Source of the DNA: Hyperthermus butylicus DSM 5456 | GTDB lineage: Archaea > Thermoproteota > Thermoprotei_A > Sulfolobales > Pyrodictiaceae | Reading direction: 5' to 3' | Assembly: GCF_000015145.1 (NCBI RefSeq) | Contig: NC_008818.1 | Span: 690,001 to 722,000 of the forward strand | DNA length: 32,000 nt | Part shown: positions 17,247 to 25,887 of the stretch, in pieces | Position numbering within the stretch: the first letter of the stretch is position 1 | Layout of the letters: each line of letters opens with the position of its first letter | Notes under the pieces: generated by a model | The model's database searches: none | The model's input: the letters and a program-made list of their open reading frames with translations, nothing else | What the model was told of the DNA's origin: nothing | Translations under genes and position numbers: made by a program

Positions 17247-17686
17247 ACCCGTTCACCCGGCCTCCGGGACCGGTAGCCGCACGCTGGGCAGACAGCCTCG
17301 TAGTCCTCCACCCTGCTTATACCCCGTGTGCGGAGGCTCCGGTACTCCAGGCCGAGCAGCGCGGCCAGGTTCTGGACGCTATAGTCGTCAGTGACCACCA
17401 CGACACGGCGGCCCTCCCCAGCCAGCTCGAGCGCCAGTGCCAGGACGCTGAGGTCGGTCCTGCTGAGCGAGACGTGGAGCCCGTGCCGCGCCGCGAGCTT
17501 CTCCACCCTGCGGATGCTCCCCGGGGAGGGGTCGCGGACCTCGACCCTGCCGAGGCTCAGCGCCAGCTCCAGGCCCTCCCTGCTAGACGGGTCCCGGACC
17601 TCGCCCAGGACGAGGCTCGTAGTGTACATCCTGCCCCTCGGCGCGTAGAGGGGCCACCTGGCTATGAACGCGGTCGTGTCGAGCAC
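17174..17686 (-). CDS. nob1: Nob1-like endonuclease (PIN domain + C-terminal zinc ribbon)
   Basis: (V)LDTTAFIA starts a PIN domain, with VVVVTDDYSVQNLA later. The ribbon reads CPACGYRS...CPVCGTPL. I prefer the GTG at 17686, 5 nt after the ppnK stop. The longest ORF (TTG at 17764) would overlap ppnK by 73 nt. Confidence 0.8.
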   Translation of the reverse strand: MLDTTAFIARWPLYAPRGRMYTTSLVLGEVRDPSSREGLELALSLGRVEVRDPSPGSIRRVEKLAARHGLHVSLSRTDLSVLALALELAGEGRRVVVVTDDYSVQNLAALLGLEYRSLRTRGISRVEDYEAVCPACGYRSRRPGERVCPVCGTPLSRRRTSRRTSGRRPS

Positions 17687-17691
17687 GTAGA

Positions 17692-18504
17692 CTAGCTCCA
17701 GGGCGTCCTCAGCCTCCTCACCCCCCGGTACCGGGCTATCCTCACCGGCGGCCCGCACAGGCAAGCCCTCACCACGGCCCCGCGGGACAGCAGCTTCTCG
17801 TAGACACCATCCACTATCAGCTTGGCCGGCCTGGTCGCGTGTATAAGCTCTACCTCCACCCCCGGCCGCCCGGGAACCACCACGCTCCCATACCGCCGGT
17901 CTAGGGGGTTCACCGGGGTCAACACCACCGCGTCCAGGTCGAGGTAGAGGACGGGGCCGCCCGCGCTGTAGCTATAGGCGGTGCTCCCCATAGGCGTCGC
18001 AACTATGAGGCCGTCACCCTCAAGCCTCTCATACACCGTGTCGTCGCCGGCCCGAACCCTCACAACCAGTATCTTGGAGCCCGACCCCAGCACAGCGGCC
18101 TCGTTGAAAGCGTAGACCGGCACACCCTGCACCTCAACGTGGAGCCTCACCCGCTGCTCGACCTCAAAGTGCCCCGCAACGAAGTCCCCGATCCTGTCGA
18201 GGGCCTCTCCGGGCTCCTCGTCGAAGAAGAACGCCTTCCGGCCGAGCCTCACCAGGTGGAGCACCGGCGTCTTGGAGCCCAGGAGCTGGAGGAGCCGGAG
18301 CAGCGTACCGTCACCGCCAATCACCACGACGCCGTCCACGTCGTCGAATCGCACGTCGGTGCTGGGGCCCCCGACCAGCCCGGCTATCGAGGCATCGTAG
18401 AAGGCCTCCGCCCCCGCCTCCCTCAAGCGGCGGTAAGCCTCTCTAGCCAGCTCCAGCGCCTCCCTACGGTCGGGCCTCGCGTATATGGCGACCCTGCGGA
18501 GCAA
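17692..18504 (-). CDS. ppnK: NAD kinase
   Basis: Motifs present: VVVIGGDGTLLR, NEAAV and ATPMGSTAYSYSAGGP. The first ~75 residues of the 344-aa track ORF are low-complexity and antisense to the Trm5-like gene. In-frame TTG at 18504 (LLRRVAIYARPD..), TTG at 18522 or GVG-free GTG at 18528 each give a normal ~270-aa protein. Confidence 0.88.
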   Translation of the reverse strand: MLRRVAIYARPDRREALELAREAYRRLREAGAEAFYDASIAGLVGGPSTDVRFDDVDGVVVIGGDGTLLRLLQLLGSKTPVLHLVRLGRKAFFFDEEPGEALDRIGDFVAGHFEVEQRVRLHVEVQGVPVYAFNEAAVLGSGSKILVVRVRAGDDTVYERLEGDGLIVATPMGSTAYSYSAGGPVLYLDLDAVVLTPVNPLDRRYGSVVVPGRPGVEVELIHATRPAKLIVDGVYEKLLSRGAVVRACLCGPPVRIARYRGVRRLRTPWS

Positions 18505-19534
18505 CCCAGGCCCACCAGGCAACTGCACGCTGCTAGTAACGGAGCCGAGATGCGGCGAGACCGTACGCGCCGAGCTGAAAAAGCATGGGCTACGGGCTAA
18601 GAACCTACGCCCCACCTCGCCGCCAGCCAGGGCCAGGCTACCAGCATTCCCCGTAGCGGATACAGGCTCCGCGAGGATGCTCAGGGAGGAGCTGCTATCA
18701 GCGTGCCGGGGCCTAGCCGAGCTCATCGAAGCCGAATGCCTCCACGTGGAGAGGGTGGAGCCGCCCGTCTCCTACGTCCTCGTAGGCCCGGTAGCCATCG
18801 TCTCGCTGGACGAGAGGGTGAGGGGCCGGGAGAGGGAGGTGGCAGAGCAGCTGCTCCGCATCCCCGGCGTCCGGGCCGTCTACGGTAAGGAGGCTACGGA
18901 GGGCGAGTACCGGGTCCAGCGCCTCGTACACCTCGCGGGCGAGAGGCTGGAAGAGGTTGTCTACCGCGAGCACGGCCTGGAGATCCCGATCCCCCTGGGC
19001 AGGGTCTACATCAACCCACGGCTAGCCACCGAGCACATGCGCGTCGCGGAGATGACAGCCGCGGACGACACCGTGCTGGACATGTTCGCCGGGTGGGGAG
19101 GCTTCCCACTAGTAATCAGCAAGCTGGGCAGGGCGAGGCTAGTAGTAGCGAACGACGCCAACCCCTGGGCCATAGCAACGCTTGCCAGGGCCCTGGAGAG
19201 GAACCGTGGGAAGCTGAAGACCCCGATAATCCCAGTGATGGCTGACGCGGCGCTGCTCCCAGAGCTGCTAAGGCCCGTGTTCACGAGGATAATCATGAAC
19301 CTGCCACACAGCTCCAAGCAGTACCTACCCGCAGCACTGAAGCTCTGCAGCCCCAGGGGCTGCACCATCCACCTCTACACCGTGGCTTCGAGCCCCGAGG
19401 AGGCAGCTGAGGGGATCACGGTCGGCGAGGTAGCCAGGATCGTCAAGGTGTTGGACTACGCCCCGTACAAGTACATCTACCGTGTAGACTTGAAACTGGA
19501 GGGTAGAGAGAAGAACCCGTCTACGATAGGGTAA
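18485..19534 (+). CDS. Trm5/Taw2-family (Met-10+ like) tRNA methyltransferase
   Basis: Colinear with archaeal Trm5. N-terminal D1: TLLVTEPRCGETVRAELKKHGL. Middle: GEYRVQRLVHLAGE. SAM fold: VLDMFAGWGGFPL, ANDANP and IIMNLPHS. Confidence 0.85.
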   Translation: MATLRSNPGPPGNCTLLVTEPRCGETVRAELKKHGLRAKNLRPTSPPARARLPAFPVADTGSARMLREELLSACRGLAELIEAECLHVERVEPPVSYVLVGPVAIVSLDERVRGREREVAEQLLRIPGVRAVYGKEATEGEYRVQRLVHLAGERLEEVVYREHGLEIPIPLGRVYINPRLATEHMRVAEMTAADDTVLDMFAGWGGFPLVISKLGRARLVVANDANPWAIATLARALERNRGKLKTPIIPVMADAALLPELLRPVFTRIIMNLPHSSKQYLPAALKLCSPRGCTIHLYTVASSPEEAAEGITVGEVARIVKVLDYAPYKYIYRVDLKLEGREKNPSTIG

Positions 19535-19565
19535 GTGGTGGGAGCGGGGCGGGGCCCTGGAAGCC

Positions 19566-19808
19566 ATGCATGCCCAGCACAGCACCCCCAGGCCCTGGGC
19601 CGGGATCAGAAGGCTGCTCGAGATGATTCTACAGCCTCTCGAGCTCATGGGAGAGCTGGAGCGAAGGCTGCGCTGCATCAAGTGGGAGCAGGACTGCCGG
19701 TTCCTGGGCCGCAACTGTATAAGGTACAAGCTAACATGCAGCGACACCAAGCCTCTGGGCCAGCTGCTCCAAGAGCTACGGGACAGTGTTAGGGAGCTGC
19801 TACGCTAG
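19566..19808 (+). CDS. Small hypothetical protein (80 aa, or 61 aa from the internal Met) with four Cys
   Basis: This is the only protein-like frame in the 19535-19937 gap (..ELERRLRCIKWEQDCRFLGRNCIRYKLTCSD..LLQELRDSVRELL). The overlapping frames are A/G/P/R-rich shadows. No family recognised. Confidence 0.3.
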   Translation: MHAQHSTPRPWAGIRRLLEMILQPLELMGELERRLRCIKWEQDCRFLGRNCIRYKLTCSDTKPLGQLLQELRDSVRELLR

Positions 19809-19937
19809 CAGCACATCCCAGCCCTAAGCCAGTGCGACGACCTCCCGGTAGGCTGCGCCGAGGCCCAGGAAGGCCTAGCTCGGATTCCGACATTCTTCAT
19901 GCAGATCGCATAGCTGTAGCAAGCAGCTCTGCCGGGC

Positions 19938-21107
19938 ATGCCGGCTGGGGTGTCCCAGCGGGGATGTAGAGGCCGCAACCCCATAAACCGCCTAAGGGGG
20001 CTTGAAGTCCGGGTCCTCCTCCTCCTCCTCTCCTCGGGGAGCTATGCTCACCAGATAGTGCTGCTTCGGGGTGCCGCGCCGGTGGATGCTCTGGCCTGGT
20101 GTCGCAGCCTCCTCGATGGGCTTGGGGAGCCGCTGCTGGTGCACCACTGGGACGCTGATGGTATCGCATCGGCGGCGCTTCTCGAGAGGATCATGGGTTG
20201 GAGGAGGCGCCTAGTGCCCCGTATAGGCTTCTACAGCGCCGAGGCTGTTACGGGCCAGGCGCCGCTGAGGGGTGCCGCTGGGCTGGTCGTGGTGGACTAT
20301 GGCGTGCCGCAGCACCTCCCCGCGGCTGCACAGGCCCTAGGCGCAACCAGTATTGTCTACATTGACCACCACCGCGCCGAGTGCCCCGGCGGCATAGCCT
20401 GCTGCAACCCGGTAGCCCTGGGGCTAGGCGGGGAGGACGAGTATCCCTCCACGAGCCTCCTCCTGGCATGGCTGCTCGGTGCTGGGCGGGAGCACCTCGA
20501 CCTGGCCCTTGTAGGCCTTGTCAGCGACCTCCCAGGATTCACCGAGACACGGTGGGCCCAGCTGGTGGAGGAGCTGGAGAGGATGCAGGGGTTCGGGCTG
20601 GCCGAGCTGCTGAAGGCTGTGGAGGCTGTTGACTCCTGCTACCCCCTCCTAGACACGGCATGCATAGACCACGCGGTGGAGCTGCTGGCGGCGAAGGGCC
20701 TCGCAGCCGTTCTGGACGACCCGAGGCTCATGGAGGCTCGTAGGAGGTTCCGGGAACTGGTGGGGGAGGCGCTGCGGGATGCTGAGGCGAATGCTATACG
20801 GGAGGGAGCAGTGATAGCCACCGAGGTCGCGGTGGACGCGCTGGTGACACCAAAGGTTGGCCGCATATTAGCCAGGGAGCACCCCGACAGCGTGGTTATC
20901 GTACAGCACTGGATACCAAACCTCGGCAAGGGAATGGTGTACGTGAGGAGCCGGAAACACATGGTGGGCTGGATAGCCGCCAGGGCACGCGCCATGGGCT
21001 ACGAGGCGGGGGGCAAGGACCGAGTAGCAGTCATACACTACTACCAACAGAGCCAGGGCGGGAAGATAGTCGAGGCCGTGACGAGAATGCTGAAGGACAT
21101 CCTTTAG
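19938..21107 (+). CDS. DHH/DHHA1-family phosphoesterase (NrnA/RecJ-like)
   Basis: Motifs present: LLVHHWDADGIASAALL (DxD), VVVDYG, VYIDHHR (DHH) and a C-terminal GYEAGGKDRVA (GGGH-like). The start is uncertain; an in-frame GTG at 20058 removes a low-complexity leader. Confidence 0.8.
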   Translation: MPAGVSQRGCRGRNPINRLRGLEVRVLLLLLSSGSYAHQIVLLRGAAPVDALAWCRSLLDGLGEPLLVHHWDADGIASAALLERIMGWRRRLVPRIGFYSAEAVTGQAPLRGAAGLVVVDYGVPQHLPAAAQALGATSIVYIDHHRAECPGGIACCNPVALGLGGEDEYPSTSLLLAWLLGAGREHLDLALVGLVSDLPGFTETRWAQLVEELERMQGFGLAELLKAVEAVDSCYPLLDTACIDHAVELLAAKGLAAVLDDPRLMEARRRFRELVGEALRDAEANAIREGAVIATEVAVDALVTPKVGRILAREHPDSVVIVQHWIPNLGKGMVYVRSRKHMVGWIAARARAMGYEAGGKDRVAVIHYYQQSQGGKIVEAVTRMLKDIL

Positions 21108-21348
21108 GCCCCGAAACCCCGGGAGTACTGCAGCACGCTAGGCTAAACCCTATGTAGCTCAGGCTCGTCCGCCCTGTGCGAGCAGCCCGGATCAGGATGG
21201 CGAGGGTTTAACCCCTGGGCGATGGGTTGCCGTGGGGTTGCTCCGCAGCCTGCCCTGCTGGGGGGCTGATTGGTTGTGTGTAACCCTTTTTTAGCTGGTT
21301 GTCTTGGCGTGTTGCGGGTGAGGCTTGATAGCTGGTTGGTAGGGGTGG

Positions 21349-22323
21349 ATGGCTGTGGACGTGTTTGTGCTTGGCGGCTACTCGCGCGGCATTGGTGCAC
21401 GGAAGGTTTTGAGGGAGTTTGAACGCGGTGGCGTGGGCTGGGGCGAGGCCGAGGCTGTTATCGGGCTTGAGGAGGCAATGCTTGTCGGTGTTCAGGCTGG
21501 TGCTGGGCTGACCTACGTGTCTGACCCTGCTCTGGCGTGGCACGACCTGCTCCGGCCCTTCGTTGAGGCCTGGCGTGGCGTTGCTGTGGGTGGTCTCGCG
21601 AGGTTCTTCGACAACAACTTCTTCTACCGTGTCCCGGTGTTTACGGGTAAGCCCGATCCGAAGTACTATGTGCTCGCTAAGCGTGCAGTATTCCTCTCAA
21701 AGATTGCCCCCCGCGGTGCCGGCGTGAAGGTCTTCATGCCCGGGCCGGTGACCTTCGCAGCTCTCTCCGATACCAGCGTGTTCGGCGGCATGGAGGAGGC
21801 TGCAAGGGAGATAGCACGCATCCTCGGCGAAGAGGCCAGGAGGGCCCTGGAGGCCGGCGCCTCCGTGGTGGAGGTCGCCGAGCCGTTGCTAGGCGATATC
21901 GATGCCAGGCCGGAGCACGCCGGGCTCCTCGTGGACCTCCTCTCCAAGTACTTCCCCGACCCCTCAAAGCTCATCGTATCAATCTACTACCACCCGCCCA
22001 GCAAGGAGGTAGCAAAGGAGCTAGCAGTGCTAAAGGCACAGTACCTCGCGCTAGACTACGCTGATAGGCCGGAGACCTTCCGCGAGGCAGTAAAGATCGC
22101 CTGCCCCGAGGGCCTAGCTGTGGGTGCCGTGGATGCCCGTAGCATCTATCTGGAGCCTGTGGAGAGGGTGGAGAAGGCCCTGCAGACAGCAAAGGAGCTA
22201 TGCAGCCCGGATAGGCTAGCACTAACAACGACAGCACCACTAGACCTCATACCACAGCAGCACGCCATCGCGAAGACCAGGCACCTAGGCCACCTCGCGA
22301 GGAGGCTCGAGGAGGGAGCCTAG
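21349..22323 (+). CDS. MetE N-terminal-domain homologue (stand-alone half of cobalamin-independent methionine synthase)
   Basis: VLGGYSRGIGARKVLREFERG.. and ARFFDNNFFYRVP parallel the MetE N-domain motifs (lGfPRiG..RElK; kwFdTNYHY.vPe). At 324 aa, it lacks the Zn-ligand motifs. Confidence 0.75.
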   Translation: MAVDVFVLGGYSRGIGARKVLREFERGGVGWGEAEAVIGLEEAMLVGVQAGAGLTYVSDPALAWHDLLRPFVEAWRGVAVGGLARFFDNNFFYRVPVFTGKPDPKYYVLAKRAVFLSKIAPRGAGVKVFMPGPVTFAALSDTSVFGGMEEAAREIARILGEEARRALEAGASVVEVAEPLLGDIDARPEHAGLLVDLLSKYFPDPSKLIVSIYYHPPSKEVAKELAVLKAQYLALDYADRPETFREAVKIACPEGLAVGAVDARSIYLEPVERVEKALQTAKELCSPDRLALTTTAPLDLIPQQHAIAKTRHLGHLARRLEEGA

Positions 22324-22436
22324 GCAGCCACTACCCCGCCGCCATCCCCACATCCATGCACCAGTGCCACTGCATAGTAGAGCCATCGTGTACAGGCTTG
22401 GGGGTGTACAGCAAAGCTTATACTATTCAATTCCCG

Positions 22437-22862
22437 ATGGAGTATCTGGTGCAGGGTGTGGGCGGGCCCGCCTGCTTCGAGGGGAGCCTCGAGGAGCTAG
22501 CTAGGATGTACGGCCTGGAGCTCCCCAGCTCTGTTAGGGGCCGCGTTACCGTGGAGGGAGACTGCGGCCTCATGAATAGGCTGGGCCGCGAAATAGCCAT
22601 GGTGTTCAGGGCGTTCCGAAGCCCTCTCAGCATGCTGAACCCTATGAACCTCTTTAGGCTCATGAGCGCCCTCCAGGAGTACCGGAGGCTGCTCAAAAGC
22701 TGCTGCTACGAGGAGAAGGGGCGTGAGACAATTGTACATGCAGTACTAGGCGATGAGCGCCACGTGCTCCGTGTAAGAGCCCTGCTTGATGCGGGTAGCC
22801 CGCTGGAGCTGACGGCGCTGCCCAGCCTCTCGAGCCTCTGCACGCGATGCAGCAGCGTATAG
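22437..22862 (+). CDS. Hypothetical protein (141 aa) embedded in the methionine cluster
   Basis: Starts at the ATG at 22437 (MEYLVQGVGGPACFEG..). A ttatac element lies ~20 nt upstream, compatible with a leaderless mRNA. The 27 codons upstream in the track ORF look non-coding. No family recognised. Confidence 0.45.
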   Translation: MEYLVQGVGGPACFEGSLEELARMYGLELPSSVRGRVTVEGDCGLMNRLGREIAMVFRAFRSPLSMLNPMNLFRLMSALQEYRRLLKSCCYEEKGRETIVHAVLGDERHVLRVRALLDAGSPLELTALPSLSSLCTRCSSV

Positions 22863-23104
22863 CCGGCATAGTAGCGCCGCGCATCCACCATGGCTCTACC
22901 GTGGGGCCTCCTTGCCCGGTGTTTTCGGCAGCCACCACCCGCCACAAGCTATATCGCCGAGCCGCTAGGCAGTTGCCCACGTCACCGCTGTAGCCCGTGA
23001 CGCTCGGAGTGCTGCCCGCCGCGGAGCTAGTGTTCTCCGCGCATTTTATCAGTGATAAACTGTTTTAGAGGTGGGAAAGCTTGATTAGGCGTATTCGGGA
23101 CTAG

Positions 23105-23938
23105 GTGCCGCCCAGCGTACAAGTGTACGCCGTGCCCCGCTGCGGGGCTGCAGGGTGCTCAGCAAGGCTAGCTGGGGTGGCTGCTGGGTTGGAGCTGTGG
23201 GCTGAGGTTTCGCCGTCGCGGAGCCGCAAGAAGCTCTCGCAGCTAGCCGGGAGGTTGCACGGCCTAGCCGACTATATCGACGTGCCTGACTCGCCTATGG
23301 GCATACCTGTCGCCCATGCTCTTGGCGTTGCCGGGTTTTTGGCGCTCCGCGGACTGCGCGTCGTCGCGAACATAAGGCTTGCAGACATTAACGCCAATGC
23401 TCTGCTCTCCCTCGCCGGCGCCGCCAGGCTCCTCGGCGTTCAAGGGCTCGTGCTTCTACAGGGCGACCCGCCGGTCTACGGTAAGCATGTCGGCCAGGTC
23501 TCAACAGAGTATGGCGTCAAGCTTCTCCGGGGCTGGGAGGGCGCTGAGGGGCTAAGGCTCGGCGTCATACTCAGCCTCGCGCGGGGCGACGAGGAGCTAG
23601 CGTCGAGGCTCAGCCTCCCCGTGGACTTCGTCCTCGCCACAAGGCTCTGGGAGCCGGGGCAGCTCGACCGGCCCCCGATACGGGAGGCCCGCCGGAGGGG
23701 CATCCGCGTCATACCCTACGTCGTGGTTGCCCCCGAGAACCGGGTGGGCGAGTTAGCCAAGCTCCTCAGTGGCCACCAGCCAGTCTTCACCGTGGAGGAG
23801 ATGCTTGACTTTGTTCTCGGGCTCCGCGGCCTGGTAGACGGCGTTCTCGTCTCCTCCCCGCTCTCACACAGCCTCCTCGTAGAGGCCCTCCGGAGGCTAC
23901 GTGAGGCACTAGGGCACCGGAGTAGAGGCACCGACTAA
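23105..23938 (+). CDS. Methylenetetrahydrofolate reductase (MetF)-like protein
   Basis: ADYIDVPDSPMGIPVAHALGVAGFL...RVVANIRLADINANALLSLAGAARLLGVQGLVLLQGDPP follows the MTHFR pattern (vdVTd.p.g......a..l...G.e.v.Hl..rd.n...l...L..a...Gi.nvLaLrGD.p). GTG start. Confidence 0.65.
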   Translation: MPPSVQVYAVPRCGAAGCSARLAGVAAGLELWAEVSPSRSRKKLSQLAGRLHGLADYIDVPDSPMGIPVAHALGVAGFLALRGLRVVANIRLADINANALLSLAGAARLLGVQGLVLLQGDPPVYGKHVGQVSTEYGVKLLRGWEGAEGLRLGVILSLARGDEELASRLSLPVDFVLATRLWEPGQLDRPPIREARRRGIRVIPYVVVAPENRVGELAKLLSGHQPVFTVEEMLDFVLGLRGLVDGVLVSSPLSHSLLVEALRRLREALGHRSRGTD

Positions 23939-23978
23939 ACCCCCCTGCATGCGGGGCTGAGGGTTGAGGGGCTAAGCC

Positions 23979-24983
23979 TTGGCCTACCGGGTGCCCCGCG
24001 CGTTCCCCGTAACCGTGGTGGGCAGCTACCCGAAGATGCCGGAGGCTCTGGAGGCTATCAAGCTCCGGAAGAAAGGCGTTATAGGCGAGGAGGAATTCCA
24101 TGAACGGGTCAAACCCGCCATAAGGAGCGTTGTCGAGGACTACCTCGAGGCCGGCGTAGACATAATCAGCGACGGGGAGCAGAGCAGGGAGGACATGGTA
24201 GTATACTTCGCCGAGAGGATCCAGGGCTACGAGATAGGGGACTGGGTCCGCGTCTTCGACAACGAGTACTTCAGGAAGCCCGTGGTAACCGCAAGGCTCG
24301 AGTACGTCGCACCAATGGCTGTCATGGACTGGGAGTACGCCCAGAGCATCTCCCAGGGCCGCCCAGTAAAGGCGATCATCACCGGCCCCTACACTATGGC
24401 TGACTGGAGCTTCGACCTACACTACGGCGACCGGCGCGAGCTGGTACTGGAGCTTGCAAAGGTGCTCCGGAGGGAGATAGAGGAGTTCGTCCGGAGGGGC
24501 GCCCAGTACATCCAAGTCGACGAGCCCGCCCTCCCCGCCAGGCCCCGCAAGGAGGAGGCTGAACTGGTGAAGGAGGCGCTCGAGATACTCTTCAAGGGTG
24601 TCGAGGCGAAGAAGATAATCCACATCTGCTACGGCAGGATCGAGAAGCTGATACCATACATCCTCGAGTTCCCCGTGGACCAGGTAGACTTCGAGTTCAA
24701 GAACTCTGACTTCAAGCTACTACCATACCTCAAAGAGTACGGTTTCGACAAGGAGCTAGGCTACGGCGTGATAGACGTCCACTCAACCCGCGTAGAAACC
24801 GTGGACGAGATCGTAGCCGACGTCGAGCGCCTAATGAAGCTCGACATACTCCCACCAGAGAAGATCTACCTAGACCCAGACTGTGGCCTCAAACGCCTCC
24901 CAAGAGAGATCGCCAAGGCCAAGCTGAAGAACCTAGCAGAGGCGGCAAGGAGGCTACGGAAAGCATACGGCTACGAGGACTAA
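23979..24983 (+). CDS. metE: MetE C-terminal catalytic-domain homologue (short methionine synthase, COG0620 type)
   Basis: Motifs present: [18 protein letters not shown] and IQVDEPAL. The Zn-ligand contexts are IHICYG and [13 protein letters not shown] start. Confidence 0.9.
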   Translation: MAYRVPRAFPVTVVGSYPKMPEALEAIKLRKKGVIGEEEFHERVKPAIRSVVEDYLEAGVDIISDGEQSREDMVVYFAERIQGYEIGDWVRVFDNEYFRKPVVTARLEYVAPMAVMDWEYAQSISQGRPVKAIITGPYTMADWSFDLHYGDRRELVLELAKVLRREIEEFVRRGAQYIQVDEPALPARPRKEEAELVKEALEILFKGVEAKKIIHICYGRIEKLIPYILEFPVDQVDFEFKNSDFKLLPYLKEYGFDKELGYGVIDVHSTRVETVDEIVADVERLMKLDILPPEKIYLDPDCGLKRLPREIAKAKLKNLAEAARRLRKAYGYED

Positions 24984-25155
24984 TACATGGTATAACAACT
25001 AGCTGCAATCCTCTTTCAACTCTTCAGGCCAGCAAGGAATTCCGCAAGAAGCTACCCTGTTTCTGCCAAGAACCCCCAGCGGTGCTGGGCCGGAACCTCC
25101 TACTACAGGGAGGCGCATCCCTAGGCTGTGGAGATAAAAGTATGCGCTAAAGGCT

Positions 25156-25887
25156 TTAGGCGGATTCTGCGGCTTCAACTAGGACGAGTATTTTGGAGTC
25201 ATTCTGCCCTCTTTCAGCTAGCATTCTCCTCATAGCGTCCCTTGATCCTTCAAGCGAGAATAGGCCCCTTATCTCGGCGCGGCTTTTTAGTGCGAGGTTT
25301 ACCGCAGCCTCGATTAGCGATTGGTTCTCCGTGGTAGCTGCTACGATTAGCACCTTAGACTTTCTAGGTATGCAGGAGCGTGGTATGGCAGCTACATCTA
25401 GCATGTTTGGGGCTGGCATGTATACCTCCACAAGGCTGTTGCCTGGCGGGAACATGCGTACGGGTATGCACAGTCTAGCCCTCAAATACGCAGCTATAAT
25501 CGACCCCAACGCTATAGAGTAGGGATCGGGGGCGGGGAGCACCACATCTATCCTATTCTTCTTAAACTCGTTAACGATTTTTAATGCGGCAAGCTCGAGT
25601 ATGCCGGGGTTCCTGAAGATCTCCCATAGCTCCCACTTACCTGTAATGGTCTTTGAGACGGCCTTCTCTATTAGTTTCAGCTCATTTATTTTCGCGATTA
25701 TCTTTTGTGCTGTCTCTTTCTCGGGTGTTACTCTCAACGTGGTATATCTCCACAATACTTGGGATGGTATGTTTAGCATTTTCTCTAGCTCTTTAAAAGA
25801 GTAGAAGAACTTCAGTATCCGAAGCAGGTTAAACATTATGAACTTAGGGTTCTTTGCAATCTCTTCCTCAGCTATCTTATCAGACAA
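25156..25887 (-). CDS. HTH + phosphoribosyltransferase-like regulator (PurR/GfcR-like architecture)
   Basis: The N-terminal wHTH reads FKELEKMLNIPSQVLWRYTTLRVTPEKETAQKI. The C-terminal PRT-like fold has a degenerate PRPP loop, KVLIVAATTENQSLIEA, with no acidic pair. The gene is visibly AT-richer than its neighbours. Confidence 0.65.
   Translation of the reverse strand: MSDKIAEEEIAKNPKFIMFNLLRILKFFYSFKELEKMLNIPSQVLWRYTTLRVTPEKETAQKIIAKINELKLIEKAVSKTITGKWELWEIFRNPGILELAALKIVNEFKKNRIDVVLPAPDPYSIALGSIIAAYLRARLCIPVRMFPPGNSLVEVYMPAPNMLDVAAIPRSCIPRKSKVLIVAATTENQSLIEAAVNLALKSRAEIRGLFSLEGSRDAMRRMLAERGQNDSKILVLVEAAESA

Noticed and set aside
17174-17764. Two gene overlaps of exactly 73 nt (17174-17246 and 17692-17764) as a possible structured feature
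   Set aside because: The second disappears with the better Nob1 start at 17686. The equal length is a coincidence of longest-ORF calling. The first may be a real overlap, since there is no alternative start downstream of 17237.
18505-18726. ~75-residue N-terminal extension of the NAD kinase ORF
   Set aside because: It is a low-complexity S/A/G/R sequence antisense to the conserved N-terminal domain of the Trm5-like gene. Normal-length NAD kinase starts lie near 18504-18528.
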